Of a stretch of DNA of 64,000 bases, positions 1 to 8,881 are shown one piece after another (the stretch's first letter is position 1; each line of letters opens with the position of its first letter). Position numbers and translations under genes: made by a program. The notes under the pieces were generated by a model. It was not told where the DNA came from. It searched no databases and saw nothing but the letters and a program-made list of their open reading frames with translations. The DNA lies in assembly GCA_965227295.1 (NCBI GenBank), contig OZ245742.1, forward strand, positions 3,904,001-3,968,000, written 5' to 3'. The stretch is from Leptonemataceae bacterium (lineage in GTDB: Bacteria; Spirochaetota; Leptospiria; Leptospirales; Leptonemataceae).

Positions 1-1
1 G

Positions 2-328
2 GCGGGCCTGGTGATGGCGAAAAGCCCCGGCGGTTACGATAACGTACATCCGCGGCAACAGCAGGCGCGCCTCAGCGGATTCGGCGCCCGGAGCATCGGT
101 GCGCACAACAACGCCATCGAAGGTTTTCCGATCTTCGCCGCCGGCGTGATCATCGCGCACATCGGCAGCGGCGACGCCTTCTGGGCGGCGAGTCTTTCGA
201 TCGCGTACATCGTGATTCGCGTCGCGTATACGGCACTGTACCTGGCGGGTTTCAGTTTTCTGCGAACGGCGGCGTGGACGCTGGGATTGCTGGCGTCGTT
301 GGCTTTATACGTGTTGCCGGCGCTGTAA
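2..328 (+). CDS. MAPEG family membrane protein, probably 5'-truncated by the window edge
   Basis: GYDNVHPR, R..GAHNNAIEGFPIF and RVAYTALY motifs with hydrophobic helices; the frame is open back to the window start. Confidence 0.85.
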   Translation, partial: AGLVMAKSPGGYDNVHPRQQQARLSGFGARSIGAHNNAIEGFPIFAAGVIIAHIGSGDAFWAASLSIAYIVIRVAYTALYLAGFSFLRTAAWTLGLLASLALYVLPAL

Positions 329-329
329 G

Positions 330-1291
330 GCTGAGTTGCAAACCAACGCCCGGGTCGAGGCGGACTGGCTTAACAAAACGACATGCCACAACTCCGAAGA
401 GCCGTAGCCAAAAAAGTCCCTTCAACATTGCGCAACTTACCTTGTGTGTCTCACGGCAAACGCCGCGGGGCACAGCTCTTGAACTACCGGACACGTTTTA
501 TTCGCTCGCTTACGCCCCGAATCGCGGTGTAAGTTAAGGCCAGTTTGGATTAACACTTTTATGGGTACAGCTGGTTCCAGGCGACCACGGAGGTTATGCC
601 GGGGAATGTGTTAAGGCGCACCGGAACGGCGTCTTCACCGTAAGAAACGCTATGGTAGCTGCGTCGCAACCCCGCGTCCGGGTCGATGCGGACCATCTTA
701 ACAAAACGAAAATCCACAACTCCCGCTTCGCCGTAGCCAAAAAAGGCCTTTCACGGTTGCGCAGTTTACTTCATGTTTCTCGCGGCAACCGTTACGAACC
801 GCGGCTCTTGAACTACCTGAAAGTTTTTGTTTGTTCGAGCACGCCCCGAATCGTGGTGTAAGTTAAGGCCAGTTTGGATTAACACTTTTATGGGTACAGC
901 TGGTTCCAGGCGACCACGGAGGTTATGCCGGGGAATGTGGTAAGGCGCACCGGAACGGCGTCTTCACCTTAAGAAACGCGACGGGAGATGAGTCGCAACC
1001 CCGCGTCCGGGTCGATGCGGACCATCTTAACAAAACGACATACCACAACTCCGAAGAGCCGTAGCCAAAAAGTCCCTTCAACATTGCGCAACTTACCTTG
1101 TGTGTCTCACGGCAAACGCCGCGGGGCACACTCTTGAACTACCGGAAGCGTTTTATTCGTTCGAATACGCCCCGAATCGTGGTGTAAGTTAAGGCCAGTT
1201 TAGATTAGCACTTTTTTGGGTACGGCTGGTTCCAGCAGATGAACGGAGGTTATGCCGGGGAATGTGGTAAGGCGCACCGGAACGGCGTCTT
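330..1291 (+). repeat. Tandem array of a ~330 bp non-coding unit (~2.9 copies), locus 1
   Basis: Marker CTCTTGAACTACC at 476, 805 and 1131 (periods 329 and 326 bp); long near-identical blocks between copies. Confidence 0.95.
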
Positions 1292-1327
1292 TATCTCGGA
1301 AAATCCATGAAGCGAATTCGCACAGAT

Positions 1328-1945
1328 CTACACGAAGTCATCGGGCCCGGGGCCGTCGCCCTGGATTTGAGGCATGCAGCGCCGAATCAAGTCGCGCACC
1401 TTCGTCACAATTTCCGACGGCCGGTAGTCTAAGTCTTCGCCGACAACAGTTAAACCCTCGGCCACCAGTTCGAGCAGCGGCAGCAACAGATCTTTCGCCA
1501 CGAAGACCGTGGCGGCGGGGCCGGAGAAACCCAGGCGGTAGCAGTCGGCGTGCACGTCGACTCCGAACGACTCCGCGGTCCAGGCGAGATCCTCGTCGAC
1601 CTCACCGTCCGGGTCGGCGTGGATGTTTTCTATTTTATCGATGACGTCGATGAAAGCCGGGAATTCGGGCAACCAGTGGAGGGCGAGGTGATCGCAGAGC
1701 ACACGATGGCGATTCTTTTCGGAATGGATCAGCAGTACGGCCTTGCGGTACTTTTCCGGGATGCCGTCGGTCGGAAAACGGTTGTCGTGTACCGAGAAGT
1801 ACGTCCCGCGAATGGTGCGCAGCCCGATCTGGGGCAGGTCCGAGAACTCGTGATCGATGTCAGGTTTTGACTGCGCGAAACGTTTTTCGGCGCCTTTCAG
1901 GGCCTCGCGTTCCCAATCTTCCAGTTCCGATTCGTCGAAGGACAT
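1328..1945 (-). CDS. Hypothetical acidic protein downstream of clpA
   Basis: 205-aa ORF; ATG at 1945 preceded by a GGGAG RBS-like motif; host-like codon usage; no family recognised. Confidence 0.7.
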   Translation of the reverse strand: MSFDESELEDWEREALKGAEKRFAQSKPDIDHEFSDLPQIGLRTIRGTYFSVHDNRFPTDGIPEKYRKAVLLIHSEKNRHRVLCDHLALHWLPEFPAFIDVIDKIENIHADPDGEVDEDLAWTAESFGVDVHADCYRLGFSGPAATVFVAKDLLLPLLELVAEGLTVVGEDLDYRPSEIVTKVRDLIRRCMPQIQGDGPGPDDFV

Positions 1946-1987
1946 AAGCACTCCCGCGGCCGGGCCGCTCGTGCCAGTGTATCACAT

Positions 1988-4441
1988 TCAGAACGTGAAG
2001 ACCAGTTCTTTGCCGCCGCCGTCTGCTTTCTCCTGCGCGCTGATCTTGACCGTGCCGCCCTTCGCAAGCTTGCCGAACAGAATCTCCGTGGACAGGGCGT
2101 GGCTGATCTCGGTCTCCACCACGCGCCGGATGGGCCGCGCGCCGAAGCGATCGTCGAAGCCCTTGTCGGCAAGATACGTGCGTGCCGCATCGTCCAGTTC
2201 GAGTTTGATCTTCTTCGATTTGAGCCGTTCTTCGAGCTCGCCCACCATCTTACGCACGATGCGATCGACGTGATCATCGCCCAGGCGGTTGAACTGCACG
2301 ACGGCCGTGAGTCGGTTGCGGAACTCCGGGCTGAACGCGCGCTCCACGGCCTTGAGGTTGCGGTCGGTATGAATGTCATCACCGAAGCCGATGCTGCGCC
2401 GCGACGCTTCCTGCGCCCCCGTGTTCGTGGTCATGATCAGAATGATCTGACGGAAGTCCGACTTGCGGCCGTTGTTGTCGGTAAGCGTGGCGTAGTCCAT
2501 GACCTGGAGCAGGATGTTGTACAGATCCTCGTGGGCCTTTTCGATTTCGTCGAGTAACAAGACGGCGTGGGGTTGGCGATGGATCGCCTCCGTGAGCTGG
2601 CCGCCCTGATCGAAACCGACGTAACCCGGCGGCGAACCGATGAGCCGCGACACGGTGTGTTTCTCCATGTACTCGGACATGTCGAAACGAATGAAGCCGA
2701 TGCCGAGGAGTTCGGCGAGTTGTTTGGCCAGTTCCGTTTTACCGACACCCGTGGGGCCGGCGAAGAGGAACGAACCGACGGGTTTGTCCGGCTCACCCAG
2801 GCCGGCGCGGGAAAGTTGAATGGAGCGCACCACCTGGGTAATGGCCTCGTCCTGGCCGTAGATGTTCGCCTTGAGTTCGTCCTCAATGTTCTGCAACTTC
2901 TTGCGATCGTCGGTGCGCACCGTCTTCGTGGGCACTTTGGCGATGCGCGAGATCATCTGCTCCACGTCCTTGACGGTGACCTTGGGGCGCTTGACTTCTT
3001 CTTGCTGATTATTAGCGGAAGTTCCTTTGTCGTTGTCCGCGCCCGTTTTTTCCAGAAGGGCGCTCGCACTTTCGCGATCCGAGAGCGAGGCGGTAATGTC
3101 GATGTCTTCGTCCTCATCCACTTCGCCGGCCGCCACGTCCTGCAATGTGTCGAGGTCTACCGGGGCGACGTTGTGGCGTAACTTCACTTCCGCGCCGGTT
3201 TCGTCGAGCACGTCGATGGCCTTGTCCGGCAGGAAACGATCCGTGATGTGCCGCGCGGAAAGCTCCACGGACGCCTTGATGGCGCCCGGGCTGTAGGAGA
3301 CGTGATGGTAGTCCTCGTAGTACTTCTTCAGGCCCTCGAGGATTTTGATGCATTCCTCTTCGGTGGGTTCGCGCACGTCGATCTTCTGAAAGCGCCGGGA
3401 GAGCGCGTGGTCTTTTTCGAAGATGCTGCGGTACTCTTTATAGGTGGTCGTGCCGATGCAGGAGATCTCACCGTTGGCGAGAGCCGGTTTGATCATGTTC
3501 GAGGCGTCCAGCGCCCCGCCGCTCACCGCGCCGGCACCGATGATCGTATGGATTTCGTCCACGAAGAGCACGGCGTTCGGGTTCTTCTTGAGCATTTCGA
3601 TGACGGCCTTGAGGCGTTCTTCGAATTCGCCGCGGTACTTCGTGCCGGCGAGCAGGCCGCCCATGTCCAGCGCAAAGACCTCGCGATTCTTCAACGCCTC
3701 GGGGACCTCGCCCTCGACGATGCGTTTCGCCAGGCCCTCGACGATGGCGGTTTTACCCACGCCCGCGTCGCCGACGAAGATGGGGTTATTTTTGCGACGG
3801 CGTGCCAGAATGTGAATGGTGCGCTCCAGCTCGGTCTCCCGGCCGATCATGGGATCGATCTTGCCTTCGCGGGCTTTATCGTTGAGGTTCACGCAGAACC
3901 GGGCGAGGGCGTCTTTGCCCTGGGGCCGGCCGTCTTCTTCATCGGCTTCGCCGCCGTCACCCTCGGTGTCTTCCGCGTCGCCGGTATAACCGGCGTCGAC
4001 TTTCGAGATGCCGTGGGAGATGAACCGCACCACGTCCAGGCGCGACACGTTGTGTTTTTCGAGAAAGAACACGGCGTGGCTTTCTTTTTCTCGAAAGATG
4101 GCCGCGAGTACGTTGGCGGAGCTGACTTCCTTTTTGCCCGCGGACTGCACGTGGGCGATGGCGATCTGCATGACATACTGAAAGCCCAGCGTATACTGCG
4201 GTTCGTAGTCGTCGCCGACGCTGTCTTCCGGCAACGCTTCGATTTCGGTTTCCAGGAATTGCTTCACGTCGCTGCCGATCTCGTTCACGTCGGCGCCGAC
4301 GTGCAGCAGTACGTTGCATGCGGTTTTATCGAAGGTGAGGGCGTACAGCAGGTGTTCGAGCGTTATGAACTCATGCTTGCGTCGCTTCGCCTCTTCGTAG
4401 GCGCGCTGGAGTGTCTTCTGTAATTCATCGCTCAGGTTCAT
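1988..4441 (-). CDS. clpA: ATP-dependent Clp protease ATP-binding subunit ClpA
   Basis: Clp N-domain ([10 protein letters not shown]); two AAA+ modules ([31 protein letters not shown]); IGF ClpP-binding loop; adjacent to clpS. Confidence 0.96.
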   Translation of the reverse strand: MNLSDELQKTLQRAYEEAKRRKHEFITLEHLLYALTFDKTACNVLLHVGADVNEIGSDVKQFLETEIEALPEDSVGDDYEPQYTLGFQYVMQIAIAHVQSAGKKEVSSANVLAAIFREKESHAVFFLEKHNVSRLDVVRFISHGISKVDAGYTGDAEDTEGDGGEADEEDGRPQGKDALARFCVNLNDKAREGKIDPMIGRETELERTIHILARRRKNNPIFVGDAGVGKTAIVEGLAKRIVEGEVPEALKNREVFALDMGGLLAGTKYRGEFEERLKAVIEMLKKNPNAVLFVDEIHTIIGAGAVSGGALDASNMIKPALANGEISCIGTTTYKEYRSIFEKDHALSRRFQKIDVREPTEEECIKILEGLKKYYEDYHHVSYSPGAIKASVELSARHITDRFLPDKAIDVLDETGAEVKLRHNVAPVDLDTLQDVAAGEVDEDEDIDITASLSDRESASALLEKTGADNDKGTSANNQQEEVKRPKVTVKDVEQMISRIAKVPTKTVRTDDRKKLQNIEDELKANIYGQDEAITQVVRSIQLSRAGLGEPDKPVGSFLFAGPTGVGKTELAKQLAELLGIGFIRFDMSEYMEKHTVSRLIGSPPGYVGFDQGGQLTEAIHRQPHAVLLLDEIEKAHEDLYNILLQVMDYATLTDNNGRKSDFRQIILIMTTNTGAQEASRRSIGFGDDIHTDRNLKAVERAFSPEFRNRLTAVVQFNRLGDDHVDRIVRKMVGELEERLKSKKIKLELDDAARTYLADKGFDDRFGARPIRRVVETEISHALSTEILFGKLAKGGTVKISAQEKADGGGKELVFTF

Positions 4442-4478
4442 AATGGTATCTCAACGTTCGTGTGTTTTCAACTCTTCC

Positions 4479-4588
4479 GCGTTAGCGATCCGTAGGGTGG
4501 CGCGCAGCGCCAGTCTCGCCGTCAGGCGAGACCGCAGCGAAGCGGAGCCCGGAGGAGCGCGACCCGAGCGAAGCGAGGGGAACGCCCA
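4479..4588 (-). repeat. Multi-hairpin dispersed element, copy A
   Basis: Reverse complement reads TGGGCGTT...GGGCTCCGCTTCGCTGCGGTC...ACCCT...ATCGCTAACGC, the same architecture as five other copies. Confidence 0.9.
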
Positions 4589-4659
4589 TATAAGCATGCA
4601 TTGATTCTACATTAGCAGCGAAAATTTTTACGGGCCACATAGTCTGTTCCGATCTTTTT

Positions 4660-4770
4660 TGGGCGCCCCCGCCGCTGTGCGGCGGTCGGGCTGCTACGGG
4701 CTCCGCTTCGCTGTGGTCCTCCGCGCTTCGCGCTCCGGACTCGCTTCGCGACCCTCCGCATCCCTGGCGC
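4660..4770 (+). repeat. Multi-hairpin dispersed element, copy B (inverted relative to copy A)
   Basis: TGGGCGCC...GTCGGGCT...GGGCTCCGCTTCGC...GACT...ACCCT...ATCCCTGGCGC. Confidence 0.9.
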
Positions 4771-4785
4771 GAAGAATGAAATAGC

Positions 4786-5145
4786 TTACCCGTCTCCTTC
4801 TTCGCCTTCTTCCACTTCTAAGATGCATTGCAGGGGGTGTTGGTTACGCTCGGCCAGATCGTGGACCTGTTGCACCTTCGTGCGGGCCACGTCGTGCGTA
4901 TACCGGCCGACGATGCTTTTGCCCTTGTTGTGGACCTCCAGCATGAGATGCGTCGCCTCTTCCAGCGCCTTGTGAAAGACCTTCTGCAACACCCACACCA
5001 CGAAGTCCATGGGCGTGTAGTCGTCGTTCAGCATGACCACGCGATACATGCTCGGCTTCTTCGTGCGGATTTTTTTCCGCGTGAGAAGCTGTGTGCCTCC
5101 GCCGTGGTCGTCGTCTTCGTGATGATCGTTGTCTCTTCCGGCCAT
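4786..5145 (-). CDS. clpS: ATP-dependent Clp protease adaptor ClpS
   Basis: [20 protein letters not shown] and HPLQC motifs; start placed at the ATG at 5145 (119 aa). Confidence 0.96.
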   Translation of the reverse strand: MAGRDNDHHEDDDHGGGTQLLTRKKIRTKKPSMYRVVMLNDDYTPMDFVVWVLQKVFHKALEEATHLMLEVHNKGKSIVGRYTHDVARTKVQQVHDLAERNQHPLQCILEVEEGEEGDG

Positions 5146-5161
5146 GTCTGGTTGAGGTCCG

Positions 5162-6361
5162 TTAAACTTCGGGTTGGCCCAGGTATTTGAGCGGCGAGTG
5201 CGTGTTGCTCTCCTGGATGGCCCGGTCGACGTACATCCGCTCGTTTTCCAGGAAACCGCCGATGGCCCGCCGCCCCTCCGGATGCGCCAGCCAGTGCGAA
5301 CTGTAGCACGGCATGGTGGCAAAACCGCGGGCGAACTTGTGTTCGCCCTGGGCACCCGCCTCGAACACCTCTACCCCGTGTTCCACGGCGTAGTCAATCA
5401 ATTGATAATAGCACAATTCGAAATGAAGGCACGAATAATCCGCGACGCAGCCCCAGTAGCGCCCGTACAACTTGCGGTTTTTGTGGAAATTCAGCGTGCC
5501 GGCAACCCAGCCGCCGGTGCGGGCGGCGGCGGGCGGTCCGGGCCCGTCTTTTTCCCGGGCCAGCAGCAGGATCATTCTGTGACGAAACGTATCAAGAATA
5601 CGATCGAACCAGGCGCGGTTGAGGTAGGGGCGGCCCCACTTGCGGCTGCCCGTGTCCATGTAAAAATGATACATGGCCTGCATGTGTTGCGGCTGAATCT
5701 CGTCGCCGGTGAGCGTAAGAATCTCCAGCTTCTGGTCGCGCACGGTTTCGCGTTCTTTGCGGATCGTCTTGCGTTTGCGCGATTTGAGGTCGGCCAGGTA
5801 ATCATCGAAGCTTGCGTAGTTGCGATTCTGCCAGTGGAACTGCGTCGAGAGGCGCGTCAGGAAGCCGCGCTTTTCCAGAATCCGGCTTTCGCGCTCCGAG
5901 AGAAACAAGAAGTGCAGCGAGGAAAGTCCGAGCTCCTCGCAGTACTCGACGACCGCATCCGTCAGGGTTGTGACTGTGCTTTCGTAGTCAGCGTCGGGGT
6001 GGACCAGGAACCGTTCGCCGTTGGCCGGTGTGAAGGGTACGGCGACGAGCCCCTTGGGATAGTACCGCAGTCCCGCGCGCATGTAGGCGTCGGCCCAGCC
6101 GTGGTCGAAGATGTACTCGCCGTAGGAATCGAATTTGATGTAGAGCGTAACCGCCCCGTCGAGCCGGCCGTCGCGTTCCAGCAAGAAGTAGCGCGGTTGC
6201 CAGGATGTGTCTTCGCCGACGCAGCCCGAGGCCTGGAGGGCGTGCAAGAACTCGTACTCCAGGAAGGGATGATCCGGATCGGAGGCGGCGTTCCATTGTT
6301 CGCGCAGATCGGCGAAGTCGGCGGGGTCCGTGTGGATGGTGATCTGCGCACTGCGACTCAT
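5162..6361 (-). CDS. GNAT/FemAB-related protein (DUF482-like)
   Basis: [40 protein letters not shown] and [10 protein letters not shown] motifs. Confidence 0.9.
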   Translation of the reverse strand: MSRSAQITIHTDPADFADLREQWNAASDPDHPFLEYEFLHALQASGCVGEDTSWQPRYFLLERDGRLDGAVTLYIKFDSYGEYIFDHGWADAYMRAGLRYYPKGLVAVPFTPANGERFLVHPDADYESTVTTLTDAVVEYCEELGLSSLHFLFLSERESRILEKRGFLTRLSTQFHWQNRNYASFDDYLADLKSRKRKTIRKERETVRDQKLEILTLTGDEIQPQHMQAMYHFYMDTGSRKWGRPYLNRAWFDRILDTFRHRMILLLAREKDGPGPPAAARTGGWVAGTLNFHKNRKLYGRYWGCVADYSCLHFELCYYQLIDYAVEHGVEVFEAGAQGEHKFARGFATMPCYSSHWLAHPEGRRAIGGFLENERMYVDRAIQESNTHSPLKYLGQPEV

Positions 6362-6405
6362 TTTCTATAGCTAAAATAAGGATCGGCCTCTCATCTGTCC
6401 AGAGA

Positions 6406-6951
6406 ATGGGACGATCGTTGTGGGTCTTCGGTTACGGTTCGTTGATGTGGAATCCCGGCTTTCCGTACGAACTGACGGAGCCGGCAATCCTGGACGGCTG
6501 GCATCGCGCGTTTTGCCGGCTCTCCTGGCGTCACCGCGGTACGCCGGAGGCGCCGGGCATGGTGGCCGGCCTCATGCCCGGCGGGGCATGTCACGGTCGC
6601 ACCTTTCGCGTGTCAGCATCGAACGTCGACGACGTGCTTGCGTACCTCGATGAACGCGAGGGGCCGGGCTATCATCGCCGCGAGTTTCCCGTGCGTTTGC
6701 TTGAGAATCGTACGGCGGATGCGCCGGCTGCAATTGTCTACGTGCCGAATCCCGAGCATCCGACCTACGCCGGCGATCTTTCGCGCGCAGAGACCGTGCG
6801 TTTGATTGCAACGGGCGTCGGCAACTCCGGGCGCGCGGTCGATTACCTGGCCGATCTGGTCCGACACCTGGACGAACTGGGGATCGATGAGCCGGTGTTC
6901 CGGGAGATGCTGAGAGACGTGCAGGGGTATGGGAAGCCACAGGGAGGATGA
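6406..6951 (+). CDS. chaC: Glutathione-specific gamma-glutamylcyclotransferase, ChaC family
   Basis: LWVFGYGSLMW, HRGTPEAPG and YLDERE motifs. Confidence 0.92.
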   Translation: MGRSLWVFGYGSLMWNPGFPYELTEPAILDGWHRAFCRLSWRHRGTPEAPGMVAGLMPGGACHGRTFRVSASNVDDVLAYLDEREGPGYHRREFPVRLLENRTADAPAAIVYVPNPEHPTYAGDLSRAETVRLIATGVGNSGRAVDYLADLVRHLDELGIDEPVFREMLRDVQGYGKPQGG

Positions 6952-7105
6952 GAGGGTGTGAGGCAAAGTGAATTGTTAGATTCATTTGGGCGTCTCCCGG
7001 CCGTCGCGTCCCGCTTGTCGGGAGGCGACTACAAATATTGCTTCATTTGGAAGTTAGAGAATCGATCTCTTAACTGAAAATCATAGTGAAATTGCAATGT
7101 TTTCT

Positions 7106-7261
7106 TGGGCGCCTCGCCGCTTGCGCGGCGACCGGGCTCTCCAGGGCTCCGGCTTCGCCTGCGGTCCTCCGCTGCGCTCCGGACTTGCGCCGTCATCTCC
7201 CGCTCGTCGGGAGATGACAGATGATCCGCTTTGACGGCGCAACCCTTCCGATCCCTGGCGC
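7106..7261 (+). repeat. Multi-hairpin dispersed element, copy C (one arm extended)
   Basis: TGGGCGCC...CCAGGGCTCCGGCTTCGCC...GGACT[long hairpin]ACCCTTCCGATCCCTGGCGC; a 3' fragment of another copy lies at 7334-7368. Confidence 0.88.
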
Positions 7262-7409
7262 GAAGAGCGGCTTCGCCGCAAAACTGTCAAAATACGGCAC
7301 GTTGTATGTTCCGTGGACTTTTTAGTCAGCCCCTCGCTGCGCGACCCTCCGTATCGCTGACGCGAAGAGCCGGCGATCTCCGGCCGTCATACACTTCTTC
7401 TCAATCTTA

Positions 7410-7436
7410 TCCTCGGTCCCTCGGTCCTCGGAGTGG
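7410..7436 (-). repeat. Short CACCGAGG-type tandem repeat
   Basis: CCTCGGTCCCTCGGTCCTCGGAGTGG; related to 8668-8695, 40701-40744, 49417-49445, 49506-49531 and 63910-63936. Confidence 0.7.
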
Positions 7437-7444
7437 CAAATTCT

Positions 7445-8623
7445 TCACACCGCCTCGATCACCATTGCAATGCCCTGGCCGCCGCCGATGCAGAGCGACG
7501 CCACGCCCAGTTTTTCGCCGCGGCGCTTCAGTTCTTTGGCGAGGGTCAACAGCACCCGGTTGCCCGACGCACCCAGCGGGTGACCGAGGGCGATGGCGCC
7601 GCCGTTCACGTTCGTGATCTCGCGTTTGAGACCGAGCATCTTCTCGACGGCAAGGTACTGCGCCGCGAAGGCCTCGTTGACTTCCACTAAGTTTATTTCA
7701 TTTAAGTCTACGCCCGCCATGGTGAGCGCGCGGGGGATGGCGTGCACCGGGCCGATGCCCATCTGATCCGGGGCGCAGCCGGCCACGCCCCAGCCGCGGA
7801 TCTTCGCGAGCGGAGTGAGTCCGCGTTTTTCCACGAACGCCTGCGATGCAATCGTAACCGCCGAGGCGCCGTCGTTGATGCCCGAGGCGTTGCCGGCGGT
7901 TACCGTGCCGTCTTTCGCGAACGCCGGCGGGAGCTTCGGTAACTTTTCAGCGCCCGCCTTACCGCGGATGAACTCATCCTGCTCCACGACGACGTCGCCC
8001 TTGCGGCTCTTGAGTGTGACGGGTACGATCTCGTCCGCGAAGACGCCGTTGTCGCGCGCCGCCTCCGCGGCGCTCTGCGAACGGGCGGCGTACTCGTCCT
8101 GTTCTTCGCGCGGGATGCTGTGGATCTTCGCCAGATTTTCCGCGGTCTGGCCCATCGCGAGATCGACGTGTTTGTCGGTGAGGCCTTCGAGCAACATGTC
8201 CTCAAGTTCGGCCGAGCCGAGGCGATTGCCGAAGCGGGCGCCGCGTGCGGCATACGGCGCCTGGGACATGCTTTCCACTCCGCCGGAGAGCGCGCATTCG
8301 AAGCGGTCGAGGGCGATGCCCTGCGCGGCCTGCACAACGGCTTCGAGTCCCGAACCACACAACCGGTTCAACGTAAGCGCCGGTGAAGTGATGGGCACGC
8401 CGGCCTGCAGCGCGATGTGTCGCGCCAGATAGATGGACCGGGCGTCGGCGGGGATGACGTTGCCGAAGAAGACCTCTTCGACATCGTCCGCGGAAACACC
8501 GCTCCTGTTCAGCGCCGCCTCGCTCACGATGCGTCCGAGTTCGATGGGATGCACGTCTTTTAACGCGCCGCCGAAGTTTCCGAAAGGTGTACGTGCGCCG
8601 TCGATGATGTAAGATTCCTGCAT
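7445..8623 (-). CDS. Acetyl-CoA C-acyltransferase (thiolase)
   Basis: RTPFG, NRLCGSG (catalytic Cys), [32 protein letters not shown] and CIGGGQG motifs; start at the ATG at 8623. Confidence 0.96.
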   Translation of the reverse strand: MQESYIIDGARTPFGNFGGALKDVHPIELGRIVSEAALNRSGVSADDVEEVFFGNVIPADARSIYLARHIALQAGVPITSPALTLNRLCGSGLEAVVQAAQGIALDRFECALSGGVESMSQAPYAARGARFGNRLGSAELEDMLLEGLTDKHVDLAMGQTAENLAKIHSIPREEQDEYAARSQSAAEAARDNGVFADEIVPVTLKSRKGDVVVEQDEFIRGKAGAEKLPKLPPAFAKDGTVTAGNASGINDGASAVTIASQAFVEKRGLTPLAKIRGWGVAGCAPDQMGIGPVHAIPRALTMAGVDLNEINLVEVNEAFAAQYLAVEKMLGLKREITNVNGGAIALGHPLGASGNRVLLTLAKELKRRGEKLGVASLCIGGGQGIAMVIEAV

Positions 8624-8667
8624 GGCGGTAGAGGCGGGGCGATGATCGGTTGCGTCAAGGGGATTTA

Positions 8668-8695
8668 ACCACCGAGACACCGAGGCACGCAGGGA
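8668..8695 (+). repeat. Short CACCGAGG-type tandem repeat
   Basis: ACCACCGAGACACCGAGGCACGCAGGGA. Confidence 0.7.
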
Positions 8696-8718
8696 AGACC
8701 GGGTATGTTCGTCTCTTC

Positions 8719-8839
8719 GCGTTAGCGATTGGAGGGGTGGCCCGAAGGGCCAGTCTCAGACGCGCAGCGGCTGAGACCGCAGCGAAGCGGAGCCCCGGAA
8801 AGCGCGACCCGGAGCGCGAAGCGCGAAGGGGAACGCCCA
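8719..8839 (-). repeat. Multi-hairpin dispersed element, copy D
   Basis: Reverse complement is closely similar to copy F (62147-62262), with compensatory changes in the stems. Confidence 0.92.
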
Positions 8840-8881
8840 AAAGAAAGACACTTCATATTTCTCAGGAGGATTATATTGTTC

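Noticed and set aside
330..1291. CRISPR array interpretation of the tandem repeat
   Set aside because: The period is about 330 bp, similarity covers the whole unit, there are no unique spacers, and no cas genes are present.
4479..4770. tRNA or simple terminator interpretation of the multi-hairpin elements
   Set aside because: No T-loop/D-loop consensus or CCA end, arm lengths vary widely, and copies also occur between divergent genes (62147-62262).
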